Below are positions 1 to 9,498 of a stretch of 64,000 nucleotides of DNA, one piece after another. Below the pieces are notes generated by a model. That model searched no databases and was not told the DNA's origin. It saw nothing but the letters and a program-made list of their open reading frames with translations. The stretch lies in assembly GCA_900545925.1 (NCBI GenBank), contig URAZ01000001.1:42614-106613 (forward strand), written 5' to 3'. Every line of letters starts with the position of its first letter. Within the stretch, counting starts at the first letter, position 1. The translations under genes and the position numbers were made by a program. Source of the DNA: an uncultured Eubacteriales bacterium. GTDB taxonomy: Bacteria > Bacillota > Clostridia > Oscillospirales > Oscillospiraceae.

Positions 1-307
1 TTGCCAGCCCCAGCGTCATGGCAAAAAAGATTGCCGCGATCTCCCGCGCGCTTCCGGGCACAGAACGGAACCGAACCAGGCTGAACGCACCTGCAACGGC
101 GACGCCTGCGCCAAGATTCCCGTTCACCAACATGATGACCATCTGAACGGCCAGCGGCAGCAGCGCAATCGTGATGCAGAAACTCTGTGAACTGCAGCTG
201 TTTCTTGTCATGACAAAGGCCGCAGCAATGCCGAGCAGCACAGAGGCTGCCGAACACAGCAAAAAAATTTTCAATGTAATTCCAGTTGTAATGACCGAAT
301 CAAGCAC
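1..307 (-). CDS. DUF4956-like polytopic membrane protein, partial (stop codon lies beyond the window start)
   Basis: Reverse-strand translation from GTG/TTG near 301-307 gives MLDSVITTGITLKIFLLCSAASVLLGIAAAFVMTRNSC...REIAAIFFAMTLGLA, a hydrophobic multi-TM protein. AAAGGAGG lies 8 nt upstream of the start. The plus-strand ORF 171..395 is its antisense shadow. Confidence 0.45.
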   Translation of the reverse strand, partial: MLDSVITTGITLKIFLLCSAASVLLGIAAAFVMTRNSCSSQSFCITIALLPLAVQMVIMLVNGNLGAGVAVAGAFSLVRFRSVPGSAREIAAIFFAMTLGLA

Positions 308-475
308 AGAACGCAGCCTCCTTTCGGGCCTGCTGTATGGCGGGAAGCAGACAAGTGCGGTAAATTACTTTGAAAGCATTTTTAAACAATTTTAAAACCG
401 TACGGGACAAATCTGATTTTGCAGCAGAATAAAAAAACAAGCCCATAAGGCAAACGAACAAAGGAGGATATACGA

Positions 476-820
476 ATGTCGATGAATATTCAGGATATGG
501 CTGCGGTAATGGCCGCAAAAAATGAAGCGTTCCGCGGAACAGAACAGGTACCCGAAAAGGTCACGATATATAATCAGCTTCGCGCACATGCTGCGGCGAT
601 TGCCAAAACGCTTCGGACGCCGATGCACGCAGACAGTCTGGAACTGCGGGAGCAGAACGCGCTCATCTATGTGGAATTTTCGCTCCCCGTCAGCATTCTG
701 AACGACAGCATCCGGAACCGTCTATCCGAATTGTTCCGGCTGGCTGACATGGTGACGTTTGCGGAAGCAAATGGCCGGATCCGCATCAGCTTTTCAGTTG
801 CAAACGTCTGGAAAGCGTAG
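476..820 (+). CDS. hypothetical protein (114 aa)
   Basis: Strong RBS AAAGGAGGATATACGA before the ATG at 476. Ordinary amino-acid composition. No recognisable family. Confidence 0.5.
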   Translation: MSMNIQDMAAVMAAKNEAFRGTEQVPEKVTIYNQLRAHAAAIAKTLRTPMHADSLELREQNALIYVEFSLPVSILNDSIRNRLSELFRLADMVTFAEANGRIRISFSVANVWKA

Positions 821-910
821 ATCGACTGCGGTTTTTATTCTTGATAAATCTGAGAAAACCGTGTATCGTATATAGTGTCAAACCAAATACGATATCAGGA
901 GAGCAGTTCC

Positions 911-2827
911 ATGAAAGATGGTTTTATCAAAGTTGCGGCAGGGACAGTCGATGTCGTGGTCGCGGATGTGCAGTACAATACGGAGCAAATCCTTGCGCGG
1001 ATGCGTGAGGCGGACGCGGCGGGCGTGAATCTGCTGACGCTGCCGGAACTTTGCCTGACGGGCTACACCTGCGGCGATCTGTTTTTCTCTGACTGCCTGC
1101 TCGGCGCGGTCGAACCTGCGCTGGCGCAGATTGTGGAGGCGTCGAAGGGCCTTTACCCAGTCACGGCAGTCGGGCTTCCGCTGCGCTTCGGCGGAAAACT
1201 CTATAACTGCGCAGCGGTCATCCACGCGGGACAGCTGCTCGGCGTCGTGCCGAAGACGCATCTGCCAAATTACGGTGAATTCTATGAACTGCGGCAGTTT
1301 TCCTCCGCGAAAACGCTGGAAGGAAAGGCCTATACAATCCCTCTCTGCGGCCAGAACGTGCCGTTCGGAACAGCCCTTTTGTTCTGCTGCTCCGGCATGC
1401 AGGATTATACCTTCGGCGTGGAACTCTGCGAGGATCTCTGGGTCCCCTGCCCGCCTTCTACCCGGCTCTGTGCAGGCGGTGCGGCGATCATTCTGAACCT
1501 CTCTGCCTCCGACGAGGTGATCGGCAAGGCGGATTACCGCCGGATGCTGGTCGGCGCAACGTCGGCGCGGCTGGCCTGCGGCTATATCTATTGCAGCGCG
1601 TCGCCGACAGAATCCACACAGGACATGGTTTTCTCACGGCACCATCTGATTGCGGAAAATGGGACGGTCCTGGCGGAAAACGAGCCGTTTGCGAGTGCTT
1701 CCCTGACAGTCTCCGAGATCGACGTGCAGCGGCTCATGCACGAGCGGCACCGCACGACGAGTTATGACTCTGTCCCCGGCCTTCAGGTTGTTCCCTTTGA
1801 CCAGCCGCTGCGCGAGACTGTGCTGACGCGGCACATCGCGCCCAACCCGTTCGTTCCGCCGTATGACGAGCAGCTGCGTGCCCGCGCGGAAGCGATTCTG
1901 CGCATCCAGTCGCAGGGACTCAAAAAGCGGCTGGAGCATACACACGCGAAAACGGTCGTGCTCGGTATTTCCGGCGGATTGGACAGCACACTGGCACTGC
2001 TGGTGTGCGTACGCGCATTTGATCTGGCCGGGCGCAGCCGGAAAGAAATTCTGTGCGTCACCATGCCGTGCTTCGGCACGACGAAGCGGACAAAATCCAA
2101 CGCGGTCAAACTTTGCGAAGAACTCGGCGTCAGCGTACAGGAGGTCAATATCACGGCCTCCGTCCGGCAGCATTTCGCGGACATCGGCCATGACGAAGCC
2201 GTGCATGACGTGACCTATGAAAACTGTCAGGCGCGGGAGCGCACGCAGGTCCTGATGGACATTGCGAATCAGTCCGGCGGGCTGGTCATCGGAACGGGCG
2301 ATCTTTCCGAGCTTGCGCTCGGCTGGGCGACGTATAACGGCGACCATATGTCCATGTATGCGGTCAACTGTTCGGTTCCCAAAACGCTGGTGCGGTATAT
2401 CGTACAGTACGAGGCCGGGAGCAGCGCGCCTGCGCTGCGGGACGTGCTGCTGGATATTCTCGATACGCCCGTTTCGCCGGAACTTCTGCCTGCGGATGAA
2501 AATGGGCAAATCGCGCAGAAGACAGAGGATCTCGTCGGCCCGTATGAACTGCATGACTTTTTCCTATATCACCTGCTGCGCTTCGGCTCCCGTCCGCGCA
2601 AGTTGTTTCGGATGGCGAAATACGCGTATGGCGGTAAGTATTCAGACGCAGTAATTCTGCATTGGCTGAAGATATTCTGCCGCCGGGTCTTCCAGCAGCA
2701 GTTCAAGCGCTCGTGCATCCCGGACGGGCCGAAGGTCGGCTCCGTGACGCTCAGCCCCAGAGGCGACTGGCGTATGCCGTCGGACGCGTCGGGCAGCTTA
2801 TGGCTCGCGGAGGCGGAAGCGCTCTGA
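911..2827 (+). CDS. nadE: glutamine-dependent NAD+ synthetase (N-terminal nitrilase/CN-hydrolase domain + NAD synthase domain)
   Basis: GISGGLDSTLALLV P-loop-like ATP-pyrophosphatase motif of NAD synthase. The N-terminal 280 aa resemble a CN hydrolase. ATG at 911 (MKDGFIKVAAG) is preceded by AGGAG. The ORF track start at 875 is probably too far upstream. Confidence 0.9.
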   Translation: MKDGFIKVAAGTVDVVVADVQYNTEQILARMREADAAGVNLLTLPELCLTGYTCGDLFFSDCLLGAVEPALAQIVEASKGLYPVTAVGLPLRFGGKLYNCAAVIHAGQLLGVVPKTHLPNYGEFYELRQFSSAKTLEGKAYTIPLCGQNVPFGTALLFCCSGMQDYTFGVELCEDLWVPCPPSTRLCAGGAAIILNLSASDEVIGKADYRRMLVGATSARLACGYIYCSASPTESTQDMVFSRHHLIAENGTVLAENEPFASASLTVSEIDVQRLMHERHRTTSYDSVPGLQVVPFDQPLRETVLTRHIAPNPFVPPYDEQLRARAEAILRIQSQGLKKRLEHTHAKTVVLGISGGLDSTLALLVCVRAFDLAGRSRKEILCVTMPCFGTTKRTKSNAVKLCEELGVSVQEVNITASVRQHFADIGHDEAVHDVTYENCQARERTQVLMDIANQSGGLVIGTGDLSELALGWATYNGDHMSMYAVNCSVPKTLVRYIVQYEAGSSAPALRDVLLDILDTPVSPELLPADENGQIAQKTEDLVGPYELHDFFLYHLLRFGSRPRKLFRMAKYAYGGKYSDAVILHWLKIFCRRVFQQQFKRSCIPDGPKVGSVTLSPRGDWRMPSDASGSLWLAEAEAL

Positions 2828-2852
2828 TTCCCCATTTTTCGCGTCCGCCCGG

Positions 2853-2881
2853 TTGACAAGCAGCGTCCAGCGTGCTATGAT
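2853..2881 (+). promoter_or_regulatory. sigma-70-like promoter of the aro operon (TTGACA-N17-TATGAT)
   Basis: TTGACA at 2853-2858, 17-nt spacer, TATGAT at 2876-2881. Confidence 0.45.
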
Positions 2882-2912
2882 TGTCACAGATTTTCATAAG
2901 GAGAGTCTTCTC

Positions 2913-2963
2913 ATGTTCACTTCTGTTTTCGCGTCCTATTATTACTTTACTGTCGCCAGATAG
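2913..2963 (+). CDS. aromatic-rich leader peptide MFTSVFASYYYFTVAR (16 aa), candidate attenuation leader for the aro operon
   Basis: RBS AAGGAGAG 7 nt upstream of ATG 2913. Of 16 codons, 3 are consecutive Tyr and 3 are Phe. Stop TAG at 2961. Lies between the promoter and a terminator hairpin, immediately upstream of aroF. Confidence 0.5.
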   Translation: MFTSVFASYYYFTVAR

Positions 2964-3004
2964 TAAGGTCAATTTGTGATGCGCAGAAGAGTTGGTAATT
3001 TGCA

Positions 3005-3036
3005 TGCGGCACAGAATTGACTGTGCCGCATTTTTT
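3005..3036 (+). terminator. intrinsic terminator / attenuator hairpin in the aro leader
   Basis: Perfect 10-bp stem TGCGGCACAG / CTGTGCCGCA, 6-nt loop, then TTTTTT. Sits 22 nt upstream of the aroF start codon. Confidence 0.55.
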
Positions 3037-3057
3037 ATTGTACTGGAGGTCAAAACC

Positions 3058-4062
3058 ATGATTGTCGTATTGAAGCACAACGTCCCGGACGAAAAGCGGA
3101 ATCAACTCATTACCTGGCTGCGGAACCAGCAAATCGATGTGCACCCCTCGCTCGGCGAGTATCAGACCGTTCTGGGGCTGGTTGGCGATACAAGCCGGAT
3201 TGATATGTCCCTTCTGGAAAGTCTGGATATCGTCGATTCCGTCAAGCGCGTTTCCGACCCGTTCAAATGCTGCAACCGTAAGTTCCACCCAGATGATACC
3301 GTGGTTTCGGTCGGGGATGCGAAATTCGGCGGCGGGCATTTTGCGATGATCGCCGGGCCGTGCTCGGTCGAATCGGAGGAGCAGATCGTATACGTTGCAA
3401 AGGCCGTCAAGGCTGCGGGCGCGCAGCTGCTGCGCGGCGGCGCGTTCAAGCCGCGCACGTCCCCGTATGACTTCCAGGGGCTGCATGGCGAGGGCATCCG
3501 CCTGCTTGAGATCGCCAAGCAGGAGACGGGGCTGCCCATCGTGACGGAGCTGATGAACATTAAGCATCTGCCGCTGTTTGAGAACGTCGACGTCATTCAG
3601 ATCGGCGCGCGCAACATGCAGAATTATGATCTTCTGAAGGAGATGGGCTCGGTCAAAAAGCCGATTCTGCTCAAGCGCGGGCTTGCCAACACACTCAAGG
3701 AGTTGCTGATGAGCGCGGAATATATCATGGCCAGCGGCAACGACAATGTCATTCTCTGTGAGCGCGGCATCCGCACGTTTGACGACTATACCAGAAACAC
3801 GCTTGATCTGGCAGCCGTCCCGATGCTGCATGAACTGTCGCATCTGCCGGTCATCGTTGACCCCAGCCATTCCACAGGCATCAACCGACTCGTGCCGCCC
3901 ATGACGCTGGCTGCTGCCGCCTGCGGGGCTGACGGCGTGATCGTCGAGGTGCACAACGACCCCATCCATGCGCTGTGCGACGGTGCGCAGTCTCTGACCT
4001 GTGAGCAGTTTGCCGAGGTTGCTCGCAAGGTGCGCGCGGTGCGCGAGGCGGTGGCAGAATGA
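3058..4062 (+). CDS. aroF: 3-deoxy-7-phosphoheptulonate (DAHP) synthase, type I-beta, with N-terminal regulatory (ferredoxin-like) extension
   Basis: KDO8PS/DAHPS I-beta core ([25 protein letters not shown]). About 70-aa N-terminal extension before the catalytic barrel. RBS GGAGGT. Stop overlaps the tyrA start (ATGA). Confidence 0.9.
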   Translation: MIVVLKHNVPDEKRNQLITWLRNQQIDVHPSLGEYQTVLGLVGDTSRIDMSLLESLDIVDSVKRVSDPFKCCNRKFHPDDTVVSVGDAKFGGGHFAMIAGPCSVESEEQIVYVAKAVKAAGAQLLRGGAFKPRTSPYDFQGLHGEGIRLLEIAKQETGLPIVTELMNIKHLPLFENVDVIQIGARNMQNYDLLKEMGSVKKPILLKRGLANTLKELLMSAEYIMASGNDNVILCERGIRTFDDYTRNTLDLAAVPMLHELSHLPVIVDPSHSTGINRLVPPMTLAAAACGADGVIVEVHNDPIHALCDGAQSLTCEQFAEVARKVRAVREAVAE

Positions 4063-4892
4063 CGGTCGGAATTGTGGGTCTGGGGCTGATCGGAGGCTCG
4101 TTTGCAAAAGCCTATCACGCTGCCGGATGGATCGTCTATGGCTATGATACAGACGCAAGCATGCTTGCCTTTGCGCAGCTGGCAGACGCGGTGAACAAAC
4201 CGCTTACGATGGATACGATCGGCTCGTGCGACTTGGTACTCTTGTGCGTCCGGCCGCTCGCCGCAATCGACTATCTGCGCGAGGCTGCGCCGCATATCGG
4301 CAGGAAACCCATCGTGATCGACTGCTGCGGCACGAAGCGCGTGGTTTGCGCGGCAGCGTTCCCGCTGGCGGAACAGTACCGCTTCACCTATCTCGGCGGA
4401 CATCCAATGGCCGGTACGCAGTATTCCGGCTTCGGCCACGCGCGCGCAAATCTTTACCACAACGCACCGATGGTCATTGTCCCGCCGGCTTTTGATAACA
4501 TTGAACTGCTCTCCCGCGTGCAGGAGTTACTGCGACCGGCAGGCTTCGGCAGCTACTCGGTCACGACAGCTGAAAAGCATGACGAAATGATCGCTTTTAC
4601 CTCACAGATGGCGCATCTCGTCTCGAACGCATATATCAAAAGTCCGACGGCAAGGGCACACAAGGGCTTTTCTGCCGGAAGCTACAAGGATATGACCCGC
4701 GTGGCGTGGCTGAACGCGCCGATGTGGTCGGAACTGTTCCTGGAAAACCGCGACAATATGCTCCATGAACTGGACTGCCTGATGGACAGGCTGATGGAAT
4801 ACCGGACAGCGATTGCCGAAGACGACCCCGATGCGCTGACGCAGCTGTTGGAAGATGGAAAAAAGCGCAAGGAGGAGGTCGATGGACGATGA
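4059..4892 (+). CDS. tyrA: prephenate dehydrogenase
   Basis: N-terminal Rossmann motif GLGLIGGS. Family-level similarity to TyrA. Translationally coupled on both sides. Confidence 0.85.
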   Translation: MTVGIVGLGLIGGSFAKAYHAAGWIVYGYDTDASMLAFAQLADAVNKPLTMDTIGSCDLVLLCVRPLAAIDYLREAAPHIGRKPIVIDCCGTKRVVCAAAFPLAEQYRFTYLGGHPMAGTQYSGFGHARANLYHNAPMVIVPPAFDNIELLSRVQELLRPAGFGSYSVTTAEKHDEMIAFTSQMAHLVSNAYIKSPTARAHKGFSAGSYKDMTRVAWLNAPMWSELFLENRDNMLHELDCLMDRLMEYRTAIAEDDPDALTQLLEDGKKRKEEVDGR

Positions 4893-5947
4893 AGACAGTC
4901 TCTATCTCCGCCTCGCGGCAGTATGAGATTTTGATTGAACGCGGACTGCTGCGCCGCGCCGGCGAACTGGTTCGCAGCGTGACGAACGCGGGAACGGTCA
5001 TGCTCGTCTCGGACGATTCTGTATGGCCCTTGTATGGCGAAACAGTACAGAAAAGCCTCGCGGAATCCGGTTTTTCCGTATGCCGGTTCGTATTTCCGCA
5101 CGGAGAGAATTCCAAGTGCGCGAAAACGTATCTGGCGCTTCTGAATGCGCTGTGTGAAAACCGGCTGACAAGGGCAGACGCAGTCGTCGCGCTCGGCGGC
5201 GGCGTAGTAGGCGATCTGACAGGCTTTGCGGCCTCTACCTATCTGCGCGGGATCGGGTTTATCCAGATCCCGACGACGCTGCTGGCCATGGTCGATTCCT
5301 CCGTCGGCGGCAAAACGGCCATCGATCTGCCTGCCGGGAAAAATCTGGCCGGGACGTTTTACCAGCCGTGGCTCGTGCTCTGCGACCCGGACTGTCTGGA
5401 TTCCCTGCCGGACGAAATTTTCCACGATGGCTGCGCGGAGGTCATCAAATACGCGGTGCTTGGAAATGCACCGTTTTTCGAGGAATTGAACTGCACGCCG
5501 CCGCATGCGCAGCTGGAGCATATTATCGAAACGTGCGTGCGGATGAAGCGCGATATCGTCGCGCAGGATGAATTTGACCGCGGCCAGCGGCAGCTTCTGA
5601 ATCTCGGCCATACCTTCGGCCATGGGATCGAGGCCTGCAGCAGCTTTGCCGTCAGCCACGGCTCTGCCGTCGCCATCGGTATGGCGATGATCGTGCGGGC
5701 AGCGGTGCAGTTCGGCTTCTGCACGACCGAAACGCGGGATACGGTGCTGGACCTGCTGCGGCAGTACGGGCTTCCGACCGATTGTGCGTATCCGGCAGAG
5801 CAGATGCTCGGCGTAGTTTTACACGACAAAAAATCCTCCGGCGGATCGGTCAGCCTGATCGTTCCAACAGCCGTCGGACACTGTGAAATCCGAAAAACAC
5901 CGGCCGACGAAATTTCAAACTGGCTGCTGGCCGGAGGTGCACAATGA
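4889..5947 (+). CDS. aroB: 3-dehydroquinate synthase
   Basis: GGGVVGDLTGFAASTYLRGI and PTTLLAMVDSSVGGKTAI motifs typical of AroB. Confidence 0.9.
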   Translation: MKTVSISASRQYEILIERGLLRRAGELVRSVTNAGTVMLVSDDSVWPLYGETVQKSLAESGFSVCRFVFPHGENSKCAKTYLALLNALCENRLTRADAVVALGGGVVGDLTGFAASTYLRGIGFIQIPTTLLAMVDSSVGGKTAIDLPAGKNLAGTFYQPWLVLCDPDCLDSLPDEIFHDGCAEVIKYAVLGNAPFFEELNCTPPHAQLEHIIETCVRMKRDIVAQDEFDRGQRQLLNLGHTFGHGIEACSSFAVSHGSAVAIGMAMIVRAAVQFGFCTTETRDTVLDLLRQYGLPTDCAYPAEQMLGVVLHDKKSSGGSVSLIVPTAVGHCEIRKTPADEISNWLLAGGAQ

Positions 5948-7197
5948 CGCGGACGATACTGCCCGGCTTGCGCACAGGTGTGATTCGGATTCCCGCCTCC
6001 AAATCACAGGCGCACCGGATGCTGATCTGCGCAGCACTCTCTGCATCGCCGTCTCATTTGATTTTGGACGGCTTCAGCGCGGATATTGAAGCGACGATGC
6101 AGTGTCTGGAAGCGCTTGGCGCACGATGCGAAAAAATTTCGGACGGACTTCTTATTTCACCGGTCAGCGTTTGCCCAGCGCAGGCGCGGCTAGATGTAGG
6201 CGAAAGCGGATCGACACTGCGGTTTCTACTTCCAGTGCTTGGGGCACTTGGCATTCGGGCAGAAATTCAGATGCACGGGAGGCTCCCGGCACGTCCTCTG
6301 TCCCCGCTGTGGGAGGCTTTGGAGATGCACGGCATGCGGCTGCAGCAGGACGGGTCTGTCCTGCATACGGACGGGCAGTTGACCGCAGGAGACTATTCCC
6401 TGCCCGGCAATGTTTCCTCGCAGTTTATTTCCGGGCTTTTGTTTGCGCTGCCGCTTCTGAGCGGAAACAGCACGCTGACGGTCACGGGCGCGCTCCAATC
6501 GGCGCGGTACGTCGCCATGACGGAGCAGGCGCTTGCGGAAGCGGGAATTCTTATAAAAAAGGACGGGCCGGTCTGGCAGATCGGCGGTGAGCAGCGCTAT
6601 GCGGCGCCTTCTGTGCAGACGGTCGAGGGAGACTGGTCAAACGCGGCGTTTTTCCTGTGCATGGGCGCGCTGTCGGAGGCGGGCGTGACTGTAACGGGGC
6701 TGAATCCCGAATCGCTGCAGGCAGACCGGGCTATTACGGAAATTCTGACACGTTTCGGCGCAAAGTTAGCCATCTCTGAGCATGCCGTTATCGTGCGACG
6801 CGGAAATCTGCATGGAATCACGCTGGACGCAGGGCCGGTTCCGGATCTCATCCCAGTTGTCTCCTGTCTTGCCGCGCTTTGCAGCGGGGAAACGCAGGTT
6901 GAAAATGCAGCGCGGCTGCGGCTGAAAGAATCCGACCGTTTGCAAACGACGGCAGCGCTCCTTTCCGTGCTTGGCGGATGCGTACATGAATTGCCGGACG
7001 GTCTGGTTATTTTAGGCCGCGACCGCCTTTCCGGCGGAACGGCGGACGCTTGTGGCGACCACCGCATCGCCATGAGTGCGGCTATGGCCGCCTGCGGCTG
7101 CGAAGGCCTGGTTACGGTGTCTGGAAGCGAATGCGTCGCAAAATCCTATCCCGCATTCTGGGAGGACTTTGCTTCTTTGAAGGAGGATGCAGTATGA
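5944..7197 (+). CDS. aroA: 3-phosphoshikimate 1-carboxyvinyltransferase (EPSP synthase)
   Basis: EPSPS fold signatures (PASKSQAHR, GDHRIAMS). 417 aa. Confidence 0.9.
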   Translation: MTRTILPGLRTGVIRIPASKSQAHRMLICAALSASPSHLILDGFSADIEATMQCLEALGARCEKISDGLLISPVSVCPAQARLDVGESGSTLRFLLPVLGALGIRAEIQMHGRLPARPLSPLWEALEMHGMRLQQDGSVLHTDGQLTAGDYSLPGNVSSQFISGLLFALPLLSGNSTLTVTGALQSARYVAMTEQALAEAGILIKKDGPVWQIGGEQRYAAPSVQTVEGDWSNAAFFLCMGALSEAGVTVTGLNPESLQADRAITEILTRFGAKLAISEHAVIVRRGNLHGITLDAGPVPDLIPVVSCLAALCSGETQVENAARLRLKESDRLQTTAALLSVLGGCVHELPDGLVILGRDRLSGGTADACGDHRIAMSAAMAACGCEGLVTVSGSECVAKSYPAFWEDFASLKEDAV

Positions 7198-8273
7198 GCA
7201 GCGTGTATACCGGAAATCTGACCGTTTCCATCTTCGGGCAGTCCCACGCGCCCGCCATCGGCGTTACGATTGATGGACTCCCAGCTGGATTTCCCATCAA
7301 TCTGGATGAATTGCAGTTTTTTTTAAGCCGCCGTGCGCCCGGACAGAATGCGTGGTCAACGCCGCGCAGAGAGGTTGACGCCCCGGAAGTTTTATGCGGG
7401 CTGAAAAACGGAAAAACCTGCGGCGCGCCGCTCACGGCCATCATCCGCAACACCAACACACGCTCCGGCGATTACGAAAATCTAAAGGATGTTCCCCGCC
7501 CTGGCCATGCAGACTACACTGCGCAGGTCAAATTCGGCGGCGCACAGGACGCAAGCGGCGGCGGACATTTTTCCGGTCGGCTGACCGCGCCGATGTGCAT
7601 TGCCGGCGGTATTTGCATGCAGCTGCTGGAACACGAGGGTGTCCGCATCCGCGCGCGCATCTTATCCATTGGAACTGTCACCGACAGCGCACCGTTTGAC
7701 GCGCCGGTCGCGGGAAAGCCGTTTCCAGCCGTTTCTGACGGCGCAGCTACAACCATGCAGGAGGAAATTGCGCAGGCGAAGGCGGACGGAGATTCCATCG
7801 GCGGCGTGATTGAATGTGTGATAGACGGGCTTCCGGCAGGCATTGGCGAGCCGATGTTTGGTGGGCTGGAAAACCTGATTGCGCGTACTGTGTTCGCCAT
7901 TCCGGCGGTCAAGGGCGTGGAGTTCGGCGCAGGTTTTGCTGCCGCGCGGCTGCGCGGCAGCGAGAATAACGATCCGTTCCGCGTGCAAAATGGGCACATT
8001 GTCACGGAAACGAACAACTGTGGCGGTATTTTGGGCGGCATTTCGACCGGCATGCCGGTTGTGTTCCGTGCCGCATTCAAACCGACGCCGTCCATTTCCC
8101 GGACACAGGCCTCCGTCAGCCTTTCGCGGATGGAAAATGAAACGCTCGTCATCCATGGGCGACACGACCCATGTATCGTACCGCGGGCCGTCCCGTGCGT
8201 AGAGGCTGCGGCAGCGATTGCCGTGCTGGATGCGTGGATGGGCCGTAAAAAGGAGACAGGCTATGAATTCTAA
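7194..8273 (+). CDS. aroC: chorismate synthase
   Basis: MSSVYTGNLTVSIFGQSHAP...GGRSSARET-like core. ATG at 7194 after AAGGAGG. Overlaps the aroA stop. Confidence 0.9.
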   Translation: MSSVYTGNLTVSIFGQSHAPAIGVTIDGLPAGFPINLDELQFFLSRRAPGQNAWSTPRREVDAPEVLCGLKNGKTCGAPLTAIIRNTNTRSGDYENLKDVPRPGHADYTAQVKFGGAQDASGGGHFSGRLTAPMCIAGGICMQLLEHEGVRIRARILSIGTVTDSAPFDAPVAGKPFPAVSDGAATTMQEEIAQAKADGDSIGGVIECVIDGLPAGIGEPMFGGLENLIARTVFAIPAVKGVEFGAGFAAARLRGSENNDPFRVQNGHIVTETNNCGGILGGISTGMPVVFRAAFKPTPSISRTQASVSLSRMENETLVIHGRHDPCIVPRAVPCVEAAAAIAVLDAWMGRKKETGYEF

Positions 8274-9498
8274 GACGATGCGCTGCGGTCTGCTCGGCCG
8301 GACACTTGGTCACAGCTACTCTCCTGCCATTCACCGACAGCTTGCGGGATATTCCTACGACTTGTTTGAAACAGAGCCGGAGGCGCTCAGCGCATTTTTG
8401 CAGTCCGGATGCTTTGACGGACTGAACGTGACCATTCCGTATAAAAAAGACATAATCCCCTATTGTGCGGAACTCTCCGAAACAGCCCGTGCCATCGGGG
8501 CGGTCAACACCATTGTCCGCAGGACAGACGGGACACTCTGGGGCGACAACACCGACGCTTACGGCTTTTCCATGCTGGTACAATCCAGCGGCGCGGAGAT
8601 ACGCGGCAAAAAGGCGCTCATTTTCGGCAGCGGCGGCGCATCAGCGACCGCACAGTATGTCCTGCGGCAGATGGGCGCGCGGGAGGTCGTTGTTATTTCG
8701 CGTCACGGGACAAACAGTTACGAGAATCTCGACCGGCACGCGGATACGGAGATCTCCGTCAATACAACGCCGGTCGGCATGTATCCGAACACCGGCGTAT
8801 CGCCTGTTGATTTAAGCCGGTTTCCGAAGCTGGAAGCCGCGCTGGATGTGGTCTACAATCCTGCGCGGACGAAATTTCTGCTTGAGGCCGAGCGGCTCGG
8901 CCTCAAGCGGGCGAACGGACTTTTGATGCTCGTCGCACAGGCCAAGAAAAGCTGTGAGGATTTTCTGGGTGAACCGATTGCGGATGAACGTATCGGCGCA
9001 ATCACAAAAGCGCTGACCGCGCAGATGCAGAATGTGATTCTCATCGGCATGCCGGGCAGCGGCAAGACGACAATCGGCACGAGACTTGCTGCACAGCTGG
9101 GCCGCACATTTCTAGACGCAGACACCGTACTCGAGCAGAAGGCCGGGATCCCCATTCCAGAGATTTTCCGGCTTGAGGGCGAGGAAAGCTTCCGTCAGAG
9201 GGAGACGGCGGTGCTGACGGAACTGGGCAAGCACTCCGGGCTTGTGATTGCCACGGGCGGCGGGTGCGTGACAAGGCCGGAAAATTACCCGCTGCTGCAT
9301 CAGAACGGGACGATTTTCTGCCTGACGCGCGAATTGGATCGGCTTCCCTTGGACGGAAGACCTGTCTCGCAGGCGCTCGGCGCAGAAGAAATTTATCGGC
9401 GCAGGAAGCCTTTGTATGAAAAATTTGCAGATGCTATGATTAACAATGACCGCACGGTAGAGGATGCTGTGCATCAGATTCTGGAGGTGCTTGGATGA
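8263..9498 (+). CDS. aroE: bifunctional shikimate dehydrogenase / shikimate kinase (AroE-AroK fusion)
   Basis: The N-terminal 270 aa match shikimate 5-dehydrogenase (GHSYSPAIH, NVTIPYK, NTDAYGF). The C-terminal 160 aa match shikimate kinase (ILIGMPGSGKTTIG Walker A). RBS AGGAGA. Confidence 0.85.
   Translation: MNSKTMRCGLLGRTLGHSYSPAIHRQLAGYSYDLFETEPEALSAFLQSGCFDGLNVTIPYKKDIIPYCAELSETARAIGAVNTIVRRTDGTLWGDNTDAYGFSMLVQSSGAEIRGKKALIFGSGGASATAQYVLRQMGAREVVVISRHGTNSYENLDRHADTEISVNTTPVGMYPNTGVSPVDLSRFPKLEAALDVVYNPARTKFLLEAERLGLKRANGLLMLVAQAKKSCEDFLGEPIADERIGAITKALTAQMQNVILIGMPGSGKTTIGTRLAAQLGRTFLDADTVLEQKAGIPIPEIFRLEGEESFRQRETAVLTELGKHSGLVIATGGGCVTRPENYPLLHQNGTIFCLTRELDRLPLDGRPVSQALGAEEIYRRRKPLYEKFADAMINNDRTVEDAVHQILEVLG

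Noticed and set aside
171-395. 74-aa plus-strand ORF at the window start, and the 300-518 minus-strand ORF
   Set aside because: 171-395 is antisense to the partial DUF4956-like membrane protein gene. 300-518 has no RBS and an implausible sequence.
8463-8815. Two overlapping 115-aa plus-strand ORFs inside aroE/K, and numerous other 60-200-aa internal ORFs
   Set aside because: Alternative frames of confirmed genes. Arg/Pro/Ala-rich, no RBS.
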